Source: an uncultured Candidatus Rokubacteria bacterium (GTDB taxonomy: Bacteria; Methylomirabilota; Methylomirabilia; Rokubacteriales; CSP1-6). Taken from it: a DNA stretch of 64,000 nucleotides. The notes under the pieces are model-generated. The model ran no database searches. It saw only the letters and a list, made by a program, of their open reading frames with translations, and was not told where the DNA came from. Position numbers and translations under genes: made by a program. The stretch spans positions 640,001-704,000 of the forward strand of contig CAWBMV010000001.1 in the NCBI GenBank assembly GCA_963789955.1, given 5' to 3'. Below are positions 19,857 through 33,535 of this stretch, in pieces (the first letter of the stretch is position 1; each line of letters starts with the position of its first letter).

Positions 19857-21269
19857 AGCCCGTTCACCCTCGAGATCGGTCTCGGCATCCTCATGCTCGT
19901 CGTCTTCGCCGGCACCCTGACCGGCCGCGGCAACGATCGGCGATGGATCGCCTGGATCGCCACCGTCGGGAGTCCTGGCGGTCGGTGTCGTCAGCGCGCT
20001 CGTGAAGCCCACGGCGCCGGCGCTGTTCGGCATGTTCGTCCAGGACGCGCTCGCGATCTTCGCGAAGCGGCTCTTCCTGGTCGCGACCTTCATCGGGCTC
20101 CTGGCCGGGCATCTCCCGAGACGGCGTCGCGTGCGGCCGGCGCGGCGGCGAGTATCACCTGCTGCTCCTGTCCTCGCTCCTCGGCATGTGCGTGCTGTCG
20201 TCGGCTCGCGATCTGATCTTGTTGTTCGTCGCGTTCGAGCTGATGTCGATCCCGCTCTACGTGCTCGCGGGCTTCGTCAAGAGCCAGGACGAATCGGTCG
20301 AGGCGGCGCTCAAGTTCTTCCTGGTGGGCAGCGTCTCCTCGGCGGTGATGGCCTACGGACTCTCGTTCGTGTACGGCGCGACGCGGCACGACCGATCTGG
20401 CGCGGGTGGCCCAGACCTTCTCGGTCGGCCAGCCGCTCCTGCTGCTCGGGCTGCTCGCGGTGTTCGCGGGCTTCGCGTTCAAGATCGCGGCCTTCCCGTT
20501 CCACATGTGGGTGCCCGACACGTACGAGGCGGCCTCCACGCCCTTCGTGGCGTGGCTCTCGGTGGCCCCGAAGGCGGCCGGCTTCGTCGCGCTGTTCCGC
20601 GTCTACTTCGAGGGCACGGGCGAGCGGGCGGTGGCGTGGATGCCGATCGCGGCGGGCCTCGCGGCGGTCACGATCGTCGCCGGCAACCTGATGGCGCTGC
20701 CGCAGCAGAACACCAAGCGCCTCCTCGCGTACTCCGGCATCGCGCACATCGGCTACATGCTCGTCGGCTTCGCCGCGGCGTCCGCGTCGGGCATGGCGAT
20801 GGTGCTCTTCTACCTGGTGGCCTACGTGTTCGGGAACATGGGCGCGTTCCTGGTCGTCGAGGCGGTCGCGCGCTCGGAGCGCTCGGAGGCGACGGCCGCG
20901 CTGCGCGGTCTCGCCCAGCGCTCGCCGCTGCTGGCGCTCGCGATGCTGCTGTTCTTGCTCTCGCTCGGCGGCATCCCGTTCGTGGCGGGCTTCTGGGCGA
21001 AGCTCTACGTGTTCTGGGCGGCCGCCGCCGCGGGCCTCTACTGGCTCGTGCTCGTCGGCGCCGTGCTGACGGTCGTCGCGCTCTTCTACTACCTCGTCGT
21101 CGCCAAGCGCATGTACATCGAGCCGCCCGAGGCGTCCGCCGGGCGGATCCGTCCCACCGGCACGCTCGCCCTGGCAGTCATCCTCTGCGCGCTCGGCGTG
21201 GTCGCGCTCGGTGTGTATCCCAAGCCGATCGTGATGGCGGCGCTGCGGATCGCCACACCGCTCTTCTAA
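19853..21269 (+). CDS. nuoN: NADH-quinone oxidoreductase subunit N (about three frameshifts)
   Basis: EAALKFFLVG, FKIAAFPFHMWVPDTYE, KRLLAYSGIAHIGY. Confidence 0.9.
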
Positions 21270-21377
21270 GCTCACGACTCCCGCCTGCCGTGCGGGCGCC
21301 GTCCGCTCCCGCGCGCGTCGACACTTCGGCGGCGATTGAATCGAATAGTCAATATTGTTACGATTCACCTCCATGTC

Positions 21378-21427
21378 TTGACAGCTCGGATTTCGCCGAG
21401 TATTTTTTGTACCGACTGGTCAGTACA
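21378..21427 (+). promoter_or_regulatory. Sigma70 promoter with an adjacent TetR-type operator
   Basis: TTGACA(21378-83)-N17-TATTTT(21401-06), then the near-palindrome TGTACCGACTGGTCAGTACA (21408-27) over the expected +1. Confidence 0.75.
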
Positions 21428-21428
21428 C

Positions 21429-22061
21429 ATGACGACAAAGACGACGGAGAACGGAAAGGTTCGGGAAGGCCGTTCGACCCGCGAGGCGATCCTCGAGGCG
21501 GCGAGCCGACTGATCCACGTGCACGGCTACAACAACACGTCGCTGGACGACGTGCTGCGTGAGAGCGGCGTCGGCAAGGGGAACTTCTACTACTACTTCA
21601 AGAGCAAGGAAGACCTCGGCTACGCCATCCTGGATCAGATCATCGGCTCGTTCCTCGAGCGCACGCTCGAGCCGTGCTTCTCGGATCCCGAAGGGCCGGC
21701 GCTCGGGCAGATCCGATGCTTCCTCGATCGGCTCCTCGAGACCCAGCGCGCGCGCAACTGCGTCGGCGGCTGCCCGCTCGGCAATCTCGCCTCCGAGCTG
21801 TCCGACGTGCACGAAGGCTTCCGCGAGCGCCTCGCCTCGGTGTTCGCCGCGTGGCGCGAGCGGCTGACCCTCGTCCTGCGCTCGGCGCAGAACCGGGGCA
21901 CGGTCGATGCTTCGTGCCGGCCCGAGGCGGTCGCCGATTTTCTCGTCGCGTCGCTCGAGGGCGCGATTCTGCTGACGAAGCTGACGAAAGACATCGCCGT
22001 CATGGAGCAATGCGTGGCGGAGACGAAGCGTTATCTGTCGCTGTTCGAGCCGAGGGTATGA
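21429..22061 (+). CDS. TetR/AcrR family regulator (NemR/LmrA-like C-terminus)
   Basis: TREAILEAA..GYNNTSLDDVLRESGVGKGNFYYYFKSKEDL HTH; GGCPLGNLASE. Confidence 0.92.
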   Translation: MTTKTTENGKVREGRSTREAILEAASRLIHVHGYNNTSLDDVLRESGVGKGNFYYYFKSKEDLGYAILDQIIGSFLERTLEPCFSDPEGPALGQIRCFLDRLLETQRARNCVGGCPLGNLASELSDVHEGFRERLASVFAAWRERLTLVLRSAQNRGTVDASCRPEAVADFLVASLEGAILLTKLTKDIAVMEQCVAETKRYLSLFEPRV

Positions 22062-22666
22062 CGGTCATGGACAGGACGAAGCCGGACGGCGACGCCGCCC
22101 TCGTCGAGGCGCTGCGGCGCGAGGATCCAGAAGCTCCGGAGCAGCTGGTGGAGACGTACGGCGACCGCGTCTATCGGCTCGCCCTGCGTATCACCGGATC
22201 GAACGAGGATGCCGAAGAAGCGGCGCAGGACGCGCTGTGGACGGCCGCGCGGAAGATCTCCACGTTCAAGGGCGAGTCCGCCTTCGGGAGCTGGCTCTAC
22301 CGCATCGCCGCGAATGCCGCCTATCAGAAGCTGCGCGCGCGCCGGTCGAAGTCGCACGAGATCGCGATCGAGGACGTCTTGCCGACATTCGACGACGACG
22401 GCCGGCACTTCGAGCCGATGGCCGACTGGTCGGATCGGGTCGACGAGCAGGCGCTCCAGGGCGAGCTGCGCCGGGTGCTGGGTGACGCGATCGACCGGCT
22501 GCCGCCGGACTATCGCACGGCCCTCGTGCTCCACGACGTCGAAGGCCTGTCGAATCCGGACATCGCCGAGGCGCTCGGGATCAGCCTGCCGGCCGTGAAG
22601 TCGCGGGTGCATCGCTCGCGCCTCTTCGTGCGCAAGAGCCTCGCCGAGTACATGAAGACGGCCTGA
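22058..22666 (+). CDS. ECF sigma-70 family RNA polymerase sigma factor
   Basis: DAEEAAQD, FGSWLYRIAAN, LSNPDIAEALGISLPAVKSRVHRSR; ATGA overlap with tetR. Confidence 0.92.
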   Translation: MTVMDRTKPDGDAALVEALRREDPEAPEQLVETYGDRVYRLALRITGSNEDAEEAAQDALWTAARKISTFKGESAFGSWLYRIAANAAYQKLRARRSKSHEIAIEDVLPTFDDDGRHFEPMADWSDRVDEQALQGELRRVLGDAIDRLPPDYRTALVLHDVEGLSNPDIAEALGISLPAVKSRVHRSRLFVRKSLAEYMKTA

Positions 22667-22761
22667 GGCCCTTCGAGCCGACGCTCGCTGGTTGACGCAG
22701 GGCGTCGGCTTGTGGTCTCATGGACGCTCGTCGAAGTCACCGGAAGAGAAAGGTCTGAGCC

Positions 22762-23073
22762 ATGGAAGCCGTGATCGCGACCGGAGGTAAGCAGTACTGC
22801 GTGACGACCGGGCAGGTCATCTCGGTCGAGAAGCTGCCGGGCGAGAAGGGCGCGGCCGTCGAGTTCAAGTCGGTGCTGCTCGTGAACCGTGACGGCCAGG
22901 TGATCTCGGGTGAAAAAGCGCTCAGCCGCGCGAAGGTGTCCGGTGAGGTCGTGGCTCAGGGTCGTCGCCGCAAGGTCAGAGTCGTGAAGTTCAAGCGCCG
23001 GAAGAACTATCGCCGGAACCGCGGCCACCGCCAGGCGGCCACGACGGTCCGGATCACGAAGATCGAGGTCTAG
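22762..23073 (+). CDS. rplU: 50S ribosomal protein L21
   Basis: TGGKQY, KFKRRKNYRRNRGHRQ. Confidence 0.97.
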   Translation: MEAVIATGGKQYCVTTGQVISVEKLPGEKGAAVEFKSVLLVNRDGQVISGEKALSRAKVSGEVVAQGRRRKVRVVKFKRRKNYRRNRGHRQAATTVRITKIEV

Positions 23074-23079
23074 GACGCG

Positions 23080-25561
<2,482 letters not shown>

Positions 25562-25647
25562 GCAGTGCGCGCTGCAGGCCGTCGCGGGGCTGGGACCCCG
25601 CCGGCCGAGGCGCGCCTATAGCCAAAGACAAAGAGACAAAGCTGGGG

Positions 25648-26907
25648 ATGACGATGGACCCGAGAGCCCTGATCGAGATCCGCGCGCGGTCGGCGCGGGC
25701 CGCGGCCCGCGCGATGGCGCTCTGCCCGACGAAGACGAAGAACGAGGCGCTGCAGCAGATGGCGCGCGGGCTCGTCGAGAAGAGCCAGGTGTTGCTCGAG
25801 GCCAATCGCGCCGACGTCGAGCGGGCGCGTGGTCGCGTCGCGAAGGCGTTTCTCGATCGGCTGACGCTCACCGAGTCGCGGATCGAGGAGATGGCCCAGG
25901 GGCTGCGGGAGATCGCGACCTTGCCGGATCCGGTCGGCGCCGTCGTCGAGTCGTGGCGCCGTCCCAACGGCATCGAGATCTCGCGTGTTCGGGTGCCGCT
26001 CGGGGTGGTCGGCTTCATCTACGAGTCGCGCCCGAACGTCACCGCCGACGCCGCCGGCCTCTGCGTGAAATCGGGCAACGCGGTCGTCCTGCGCGGCGGC
26101 AGCGAGGCGATCGAGTCGAACATCGCCATCGCGGCCGTCCTGGCGAAGGCCCTCGAGAAAGTGGGCGCGCCCGCCGACGCGGTGCAGTTCGTCGACACCA
26201 CGGACCGCGCCGCGGTGGCGGCGCTGCTCGAGCTCGACGAGCTCGTGGACCTGATCATCCCGCGGGGCGGCGAGGAGCTCGTGCGGTGGGTGAGCCGCAA
26301 CTCGCGCGTGCCCGTGCTGAAGCACGACAAGGGAGTCGTGCACGCCTTCGTCGACGCCGATGCCGACCCCGCGATGGCCGGCACGATCGTGGTCAACGCG
26401 AAGGCGCAGCGGCCGAGCGTGTGCAACGCGCTCGAGACCCTGCTGGTGCATCGCGCGATCGCCCCGAGCCTGCTGCCGTCCCTGGCGACGCGCCTCGCCG
26501 AAGCCGGCGTCGCGCTCCGCGGGTGCCCGCAGACCGTCGCGCTGGTGCCCGGGATGACCGCCGCGACCGACGCCGACTGGGACGCCGAGTACCTGGACCT
26601 GATTCTCTCGATCCGCGTGGTCGACGATCTCGACGCGGCGATCGAGCACATCGCGCGACACGGCACGGGCCTCGCCGAAGTGATCGTGACCAACGATCTG
26701 GCCCACGCCCGCCGCTTCACTCGGGAAGTCGACGCGGCCGCCGTGCTCGTGAACGCGTCGACCCGGCTCGTGGACGGCGGCCAGTTCGGCATGGGCGCCG
26801 AGATGGGGATCTCGACGTCGCGGGTGCACGCCCGTGGCCCCGTCGGCGTGCGAGAGCTGACGACGACCAAGTTCGTCGTGCAGGGCGACGGGCAGGTGCG
26901 GGACTAA
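25648..26907 (+). CDS. proA: Glutamate-5-semialdehyde dehydrogenase
   Basis: IYESRPNVT, LRGGSEA, VCNALETLL, GAEMGIST..HARGP. Confidence 0.96.
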   Translation: MTMDPRALIEIRARSARAAARAMALCPTKTKNEALQQMARGLVEKSQVLLEANRADVERARGRVAKAFLDRLTLTESRIEEMAQGLREIATLPDPVGAVVESWRRPNGIEISRVRVPLGVVGFIYESRPNVTADAAGLCVKSGNAVVLRGGSEAIESNIAIAAVLAKALEKVGAPADAVQFVDTTDRAAVAALLELDELVDLIIPRGGEELVRWVSRNSRVPVLKHDKGVVHAFVDADADPAMAGTIVVNAKAQRPSVCNALETLLVHRAIAPSLLPSLATRLAEAGVALRGCPQTVALVPGMTAATDADWDAEYLDLILSIRVVDDLDAAIEHIARHGTGLAEVIVTNDLAHARRFTREVDAAAVLVNASTRLVDGGQFGMGAEMGISTSRVHARGPVGVRELTTTKFVVQGDGQVRD

Positions 26908-26943
26908 GTGCGGCTCCCGATCGTGTCGACCCGGCTCTAGCGC

Positions 26944-27552
26944 GTGGCGCGTACGGCGGTCCTCGGCGGCTCGTTCAATCCGATCCACTACGGCCACTTG
27001 CTGCTCGCCGACGACGTGGCCGATCTGCTCGGCCTCGAGCGCGTGTTGTTCGTGCCCGCCGCGCGGCCGCCCCACAAGCCGAACGCCGATCTCGCGCCCG
27101 CGCAGGACCGGTACGCGATGGTCGAGCTGGCGATCGCCGGCCACCCGAAGTTCGCGGTCTCCGATCTCGAGTTCCGGCGGTCCGGGCCGTCGTACACCGT
27201 CGACACCCTCGAGGCGCTCGACATCTCGCGAACGGACCTGTTTCTGATCGTCGGCTCGGAGACGTTCCTCGATCTGCTCACGTGGCGCGCGCCCCGCCGG
27301 GTGGCCGAGCTCGCGCAGCTGATCGTCGTGCCACGGCTCGGCAGCGCGTTCGATCCGGAAAGCGCGGCGGCCCGGAAGGTCGTGCACGAGATCGGTCAGG
27401 AGCCTCTCGTCGTCCGCGCGAGCTCGCTGCCGATCTCGGCGTCGGATCTCCGGCGCCGGGTGCGCGAGGGGCGCTCCATCGCGTACCGGCTTCCCGAGGC
27501 CGTCGACGCGTACATTCGCGCGCGGCGCCTCTACCGGTCTGTCGAGTCGTGA
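26944..27552 (+). CDS. nadD: Nicotinate-nucleotide adenylyltransferase
   Basis: GGSFNPIHYGH, SYTVDTL, ISASDLR. Confidence 0.94.
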   Translation: MARTAVLGGSFNPIHYGHLLLADDVADLLGLERVLFVPAARPPHKPNADLAPAQDRYAMVELAIAGHPKFAVSDLEFRRSGPSYTVDTLEALDISRTDLFLIVGSETFLDLLTWRAPRRVAELAQLIVVPRLGSAFDPESAAARKVVHEIGQEPLVVRASSLPISASDLRRRVREGRSIAYRLPEAVDAYIRARRLYRSVES

Positions 27553-27905
27553 CCACGCCGACCGCCGAGTGGAAGGCCCGTCGCGCCGCCCGCGCCGCGC
27601 TGGACAAGCGCGCCGGTGATCTGGTGGTGCTCGACGTGCAGCGCGTGTCCAGCGTCACCGACTACTTCTTGATCTGCAGCGGCAAGTCGACGACTCATCT
27701 GGAGACGATCACGGACGCGATTCGCGCCGAGCTCCGGGGTGAAGGGGTCAACGTGCTGCACGCCGAAGGCGTCGCCGAGAGCGGCTGGGTCCTGCTCGAC
27801 TACGGGGACGTGCTGATGCACGTATTTCTGGAAGACACCCGCCTGTACTACGCGCTCGAGCGGTTGTGGGGTGACGCGCCGACGCTCACGCTCGAGGATT
27901 CGTGA
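27549..27905 (+). CDS. rsfS: Ribosome silencing factor
   Basis: DYFLICSG, WVLLDYGDV, YYALERLWGDA. Confidence 0.93.
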   Translation: MTTPTAEWKARRAARAALDKRAGDLVVLDVQRVSSVTDYFLICSGKSTTHLETITDAIRAELRGEGVNVLHAEGVAESGWVLLDYGDVLMHVFLEDTRLYYALERLWGDAPTLTLEDS

Positions 27906-28007
27906 CGAAATGATGTCTCGCCGGCCCGTTGGTGTTGCGCGCTCTTGATGTGCATGCTAGCGTTGGTTTCTTGAGTGCGCGCCATCGTCGTACTGAAGGA
28001 GGCCGCG

Positions 28008-28373
28008 ATGCGCAAGGACCGGCTCGCATACTTCAAAAAGCAACTTGTCGAGAAGCAGCGGCAGCTGACCGAGGAGGTCGGCCGGACTGCTTTGTACGGG
28101 AAGGACGCGGAAGACGACTCGATCAAGGACCTGGGCGACCAGGCCAATACCGCGTACACGCGAGAGTTCTTCTTCGAGCTCGGCAACGGCGACCGTCGCT
28201 TGCTTCGCGACGTCGTCTCGGCCCTCCAGAAGCTCGACGATGGGGCGTTCGGGTCGTGCGAGCGGTGCAACGAGCCGATTTCCGAGAAACGGCTGGAGGC
28301 GCTGCCGTTCGCGCGTCACTGCATCGACTGCCAGCGGGTGATCGAGGAAGAGGAGCGCATGGCCACGGGCTAG
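28008..28373 (+). CDS. dksA: DksA/TraR family zinc-finger transcriptional regulator
   Basis: DLGDQA coiled-coil tip; CERC...RLEALP..HCIDC; AAGGAGG RBS. Confidence 0.85.
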   Translation: MRKDRLAYFKKQLVEKQRQLTEEVGRTALYGKDAEDDSIKDLGDQANTAYTREFFFELGNGDRRLLRDVVSALQKLDDGAFGSCERCNEPISEKRLEALPFARHCIDCQRVIEEEERMATG

Positions 28374-28428
28374 TCGTGCCCCGCGCCGTCGCGCTCCCGC
28401 ACGGTCCGTCCCAGGAATCGCCGCGCCC

Positions 28429-29376
28429 GTGACGTTGCCGGCCTCGGTCCGTTCACTCCTGTCGATCGGCCTGACCCTCAAGAGCTTCTTCCAGGTGGGC
28501 GCGGGCCGGCGCGCCGAGGCCGACGACTCCTCCACCCTCGAGCTGCTCCAGCGCGCCCAGGAAGCGCGGCGCCTGGGCCGCTCCGACGAAGCCGCCACCC
28601 ACTATCGATTGGTCGTGCAGCGCCGCCGCGACCATCTCGGCGCCCTGCGGGGTCTCCGCGATCTCGCCGCCGAGGGCGGGCGATGGCGCGAGGCCCTGGA
28701 CGCGCAGCAGCGAGTCCTCGGCGCCGTCGGCTCGACCGAGCGCTCGCCCGAGACCGAATGGCTCGCCGCGATCTACTACGAGCTCGGCCGCGCGGAGGTC
28801 GCGCGGGCCAACGCGGGCGGCGCCCTGGCGCATTTCAAGAGCGCCTCGCGTGCCGATCGGTTCTTCCTGCCGGCGGCGCTCGCGCTCGGGGACGCCTACG
28901 AGCTGACCGGTGATCACCGGGAAGCGGTCCGCACCTGGGAGCGCGCGGCCGAGTCGTTACCGGCGCTGCCGCTCCTGGCCCGGCTCGAGCGGGCCTATCG
29001 GCAGGAGGGCCGCCCGAGTCGCATGATCGCCCTCTATCGTTCGGCGATCGACCGGGCGCCCGACGATCTGGCGCTGGCGGTCGCCCTCGGGCGGGTCTTT
29101 CTCGAGCTGGAGATGCTCGACGAGGCCGCGGACCAGTTCGAGAAGGTGGAAGTGCGCGCGCCCGGCTCCGCCGCTGTCCACGCGCTGCTCGGCGCCGTCT
29201 TCGAGCGCCGCGGCGAGACGCGCGAGGCCTTCGAGGAGTATCGTCGCGCCTTGCAGCTCGGGCACGCGTTCGACTGGCCGTATCGGTGCGACGCGTGCGG
29301 CGCGTCGGCTCCGATGTGGCAGGACCGCTGCGCTCAGTGCCGTCGCTGGAACGCGCTGCGCCCCGTCGGCGCCTAG
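28429..29376 (+). CDS. TPR protein with C-terminal rubredoxin-like zinc ribbon (LapB/YciM-like)
   Basis: TPR helices; YRCDACG...WQDRCAQCRRWN. Confidence 0.75.
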   Translation: MTLPASVRSLLSIGLTLKSFFQVGAGRRAEADDSSTLELLQRAQEARRLGRSDEAATHYRLVVQRRRDHLGALRGLRDLAAEGGRWREALDAQQRVLGAVGSTERSPETEWLAAIYYELGRAEVARANAGGALAHFKSASRADRFFLPAALALGDAYELTGDHREAVRTWERAAESLPALPLLARLERAYRQEGRPSRMIALYRSAIDRAPDDLALAVALGRVFLELEMLDEAADQFEKVEVRAPGSAAVHALLGAVFERRGETREAFEEYRRALQLGHAFDWPYRCDACGASAPMWQDRCAQCRRWNALRPVGA

Positions 29377-29388
29377 CTCTCCGCATTC

Positions 29389-31187
<1,799 letters not shown>

Positions 31188-32375
31188 TTGGCGAAGCTGA
31201 CCATCGCGCAGCTGGATCTGGCCGGCCGGCGTGTCTTCGTCCGCGCCGACCTGAACGCGCCGCTCGACCACGGCACGGTGACGGACGATACGCGGCTGCG
31301 CGCGGTCGTTCCGACGATCCAGCACGCGCTCAAGGCCGGCGCGTCCGTCGTGCTCGCGTCCCATCTGGGCCGGCCCAAGGGGAAGGTCGCGTCGGAGTTC
31401 TCGCTGCGCCCCATCGCCCAGCGCCTCGAATCCCTGCTCGGCCAGCACGTGGAGCTCGCGCCGGACTGCGTCGGCGCCGCGACGCTCGAGCAAGCGCGCG
31501 CGCTGGCGCCGGGGCAGGTGCTCCTGCTCGAGAATCTGCGCTTCCATCCCGAGGAAGAGGCCAACGACGACGGCTTCGCTCGCGCGCTGGCCGAGCTGGC
31601 CGAATGCTACGTGGACGACGCGTTCGCAGCTGCGCACCGCGCCCATGCGTCGATCGCGGCGATCACCAAGCACCTGCAGCCGGCCGCCGCCGGGCTCTTG
31701 ATGCAGCAGGAGCTGACGGCGCTCGGACGAATCCTCGAGTCGCCGCAGCCGCCGCTCGTCGCGATCCTCGGCGGCGCCAAGGTCTCGGACAAGATCACCC
31801 TGGTCGAGCACCTGCTCGCGAAGGTCGACGCGCTGCTCATCGGCGGCGGCATGGCCTTCACCTTCCTGCGCGCGCTCGGCCACGCGGTGGGGCGCTCGCT
31901 CGTCGAGCCCGATCAGATCGAGACGGCGCGGCGCACGCTCGACGCCGCGCGGCGCCGCGGCGTGGCGCTGGTGCTGCCGGTCGACGCGGTCGTCGCCGAT
32001 GGTCTCGACAGCGCACAGGGCCGCACTGTCGGCATCCGCGAGATCCCGGCCGGCCAGATGGGGCTCGATATCGGACCTCGGACCGTCGAACGGTTCACCA
32101 AAGCGCTGAGTGACGCGCGCACGATCGTGTGGAACGGCCCGATGGGCGTTTTCGAAAAGCCCGCGTTCGCGGCGGGGACGCTCGCGCTCGGTCGCGCCGT
32201 CGCGGGCGCATCGGCATTCACGGTGATCGGAGGCGGCGATACGGTCGCCGCCGTCACGCAAGCTGGCGTCGCCGACCAGATCGGCTATATTTCGACCGCC
32301 GGCGGAGCGTTCCTCGAATTCCTCGAGGGCCGCAAGCTGCCGGGTGTCGAGGCGCTGACGGACGCAGGCTCATGA
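31188..32375 (+). CDS. pgk: Phosphoglycerate kinase
   Basis: RADLNAP, SHLGRP, LLENLRF, GGAKVSDK, WNGPMGVFE. Confidence 0.97.
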   Translation: MAKLTIAQLDLAGRRVFVRADLNAPLDHGTVTDDTRLRAVVPTIQHALKAGASVVLASHLGRPKGKVASEFSLRPIAQRLESLLGQHVELAPDCVGAATLEQARALAPGQVLLLENLRFHPEEEANDDGFARALAELAECYVDDAFAAAHRAHASIAAITKHLQPAAAGLLMQQELTALGRILESPQPPLVAILGGAKVSDKITLVEHLLAKVDALLIGGGMAFTFLRALGHAVGRSLVEPDQIETARRTLDAARRRGVALVLPVDAVVADGLDSAQGRTVGIREIPAGQMGLDIGPRTVERFTKALSDARTIVWNGPMGVFEKPAFAAGTLALGRAVAGASAFTVIGGGDTVAAVTQAGVADQIGYISTAGGAFLEFLEGRKLPGVEALTDAGS

Positions 32376-33151
32376 GAACACGACTCGTCATCGGTAACTG
32401 GAAGATGCACGGCACTGTCGCCGAGGCCCGGGTGCTCGCCACCGGCGTGCGAGACGGGCTCAAACGCCCGCGCGGCGTCCAGGTCGCGGTGTGCCCGCCG
32501 TTCACCGCGCTGGCCGCGGTGTCCGAGATCCTCGCCGGCTCTCCCATTCAGCTCGGCGCCCAGAACTGTCACCACGAGCCGTCCGGGGCGCACACGGGCG
32601 AGATCTCGGTGCCCATGCTGGCCGAGCTCAGCTGCCGCTGGATCCTCGCGGGCCATTCCGAGCGGCGCAAAGAAATGGGGGAGTCGGACGAGCAGATCAA
32701 GCTGAAGGTCCGCGCGATCCTGTCCCACGACCTCACCCCGGTCCTCTGCGTCGGCGAGAGCGCCGACGAGCGTCGTCAGGGATTGACCTTCACGACCGTC
32801 GAAGGCCAGCTCCGCGCGGGCCTCGCGGGGCTTTCCGGCGAGCAGATCGCCAAGACCGTCCTCGCCTACGAGCCGGTGTGGGCGATCGGGACGGGAGTCA
32901 ACGCGACGCCGGGGCAGGCCGCCGAGGTGCACGGCTATCTGCGGGGGCTTGTCTCCGAGCTCGCGTCCAAGGAAATCGCCCAGACCGTGCGCATCCTGTA
33001 TGGTGGCAGCGTGAAGGCCGAGAATGCCGAGACGCTGATGGCCGAGCCCGAGGTCGACGGAGCCCTCGTCGGCGGCGCGAGCCTCAATGCGCAGGGCTTC
33101 ATCGGCATCGTACGGAAGGCCGCGCGACTCAGCACGGCCGCCAAGGAGTGA
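32372..33151 (+). CDS. tpiA: Triosephosphate isomerase
   Basis: GNWKM, GHSERR, AYEPVWAIGTG, YGGSV, LVGGASL. Confidence 0.97.
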   Translation: MRTRLVIGNWKMHGTVAEARVLATGVRDGLKRPRGVQVAVCPPFTALAAVSEILAGSPIQLGAQNCHHEPSGAHTGEISVPMLAELSCRWILAGHSERRKEMGESDEQIKLKVRAILSHDLTPVLCVGESADERRQGLTFTTVEGQLRAGLAGLSGEQIAKTVLAYEPVWAIGTGVNATPGQAAEVHGYLRGLVSELASKEIAQTVRILYGGSVKAENAETLMAEPEVDGALVGGASLNAQGFIGIVRKAARLSTAAKE

Positions 33152-33155
33152 ACGG

Positions 33156-33530
33156 GTGCACATCGTTCTGACCATCATTCACGTGCTGGCGTGCTTCGGG
33201 ATCATCGGGATCGTCCTGCTGCAGTCCGGCAAGGGCGCCGACATCGGCTCGGCGTTCGGCGGCGCGGGCAGCCAGGCGGTTTTCGGCTCGATGGGCACGC
33301 CCACCTTGCTCGGCAAGATCACGACCGGCATCGCCATCGTCTTCACGCTCACGTCGTTCACGCTCGCGCTGCTGGGCGGCGAGCGTGGAAGCTCGGTCGT
33401 CCGCGAGGCCGCGCCTCCGCCGGCGAGTGCGCCGGCGAATCCGCCCGGGCCCGTGCCGTCGGCGCCGTCCGACCCGACCGTCCCCACGACGCCTACGCCC
33501 CAGTCTCCAGCGCCGGCCCAGCCGCGCTGA
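33156..33530 (+). CDS. secG: Preprotein translocase subunit SecG
   Basis: VLLQSGKGADIGSAFGG; two TM segments; follows tpiA. Confidence 0.93.
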   Translation: MHIVLTIIHVLACFGIIGIVLLQSGKGADIGSAFGGAGSQAVFGSMGTPTLLGKITTGIAIVFTLTSFTLALLGGERGSSVVREAAPPPASAPANPPGPVPSAPSDPTVPTTPTPQSPAPAQPR

Positions 33531-33535
33531 CGCAT

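Noticed and set aside
16505..21269. Complex I with an extra antiporter subunit (2M type)
   Set aside because: Only one each of L, M and N; the extra ORFs in the track are frameshift fragments
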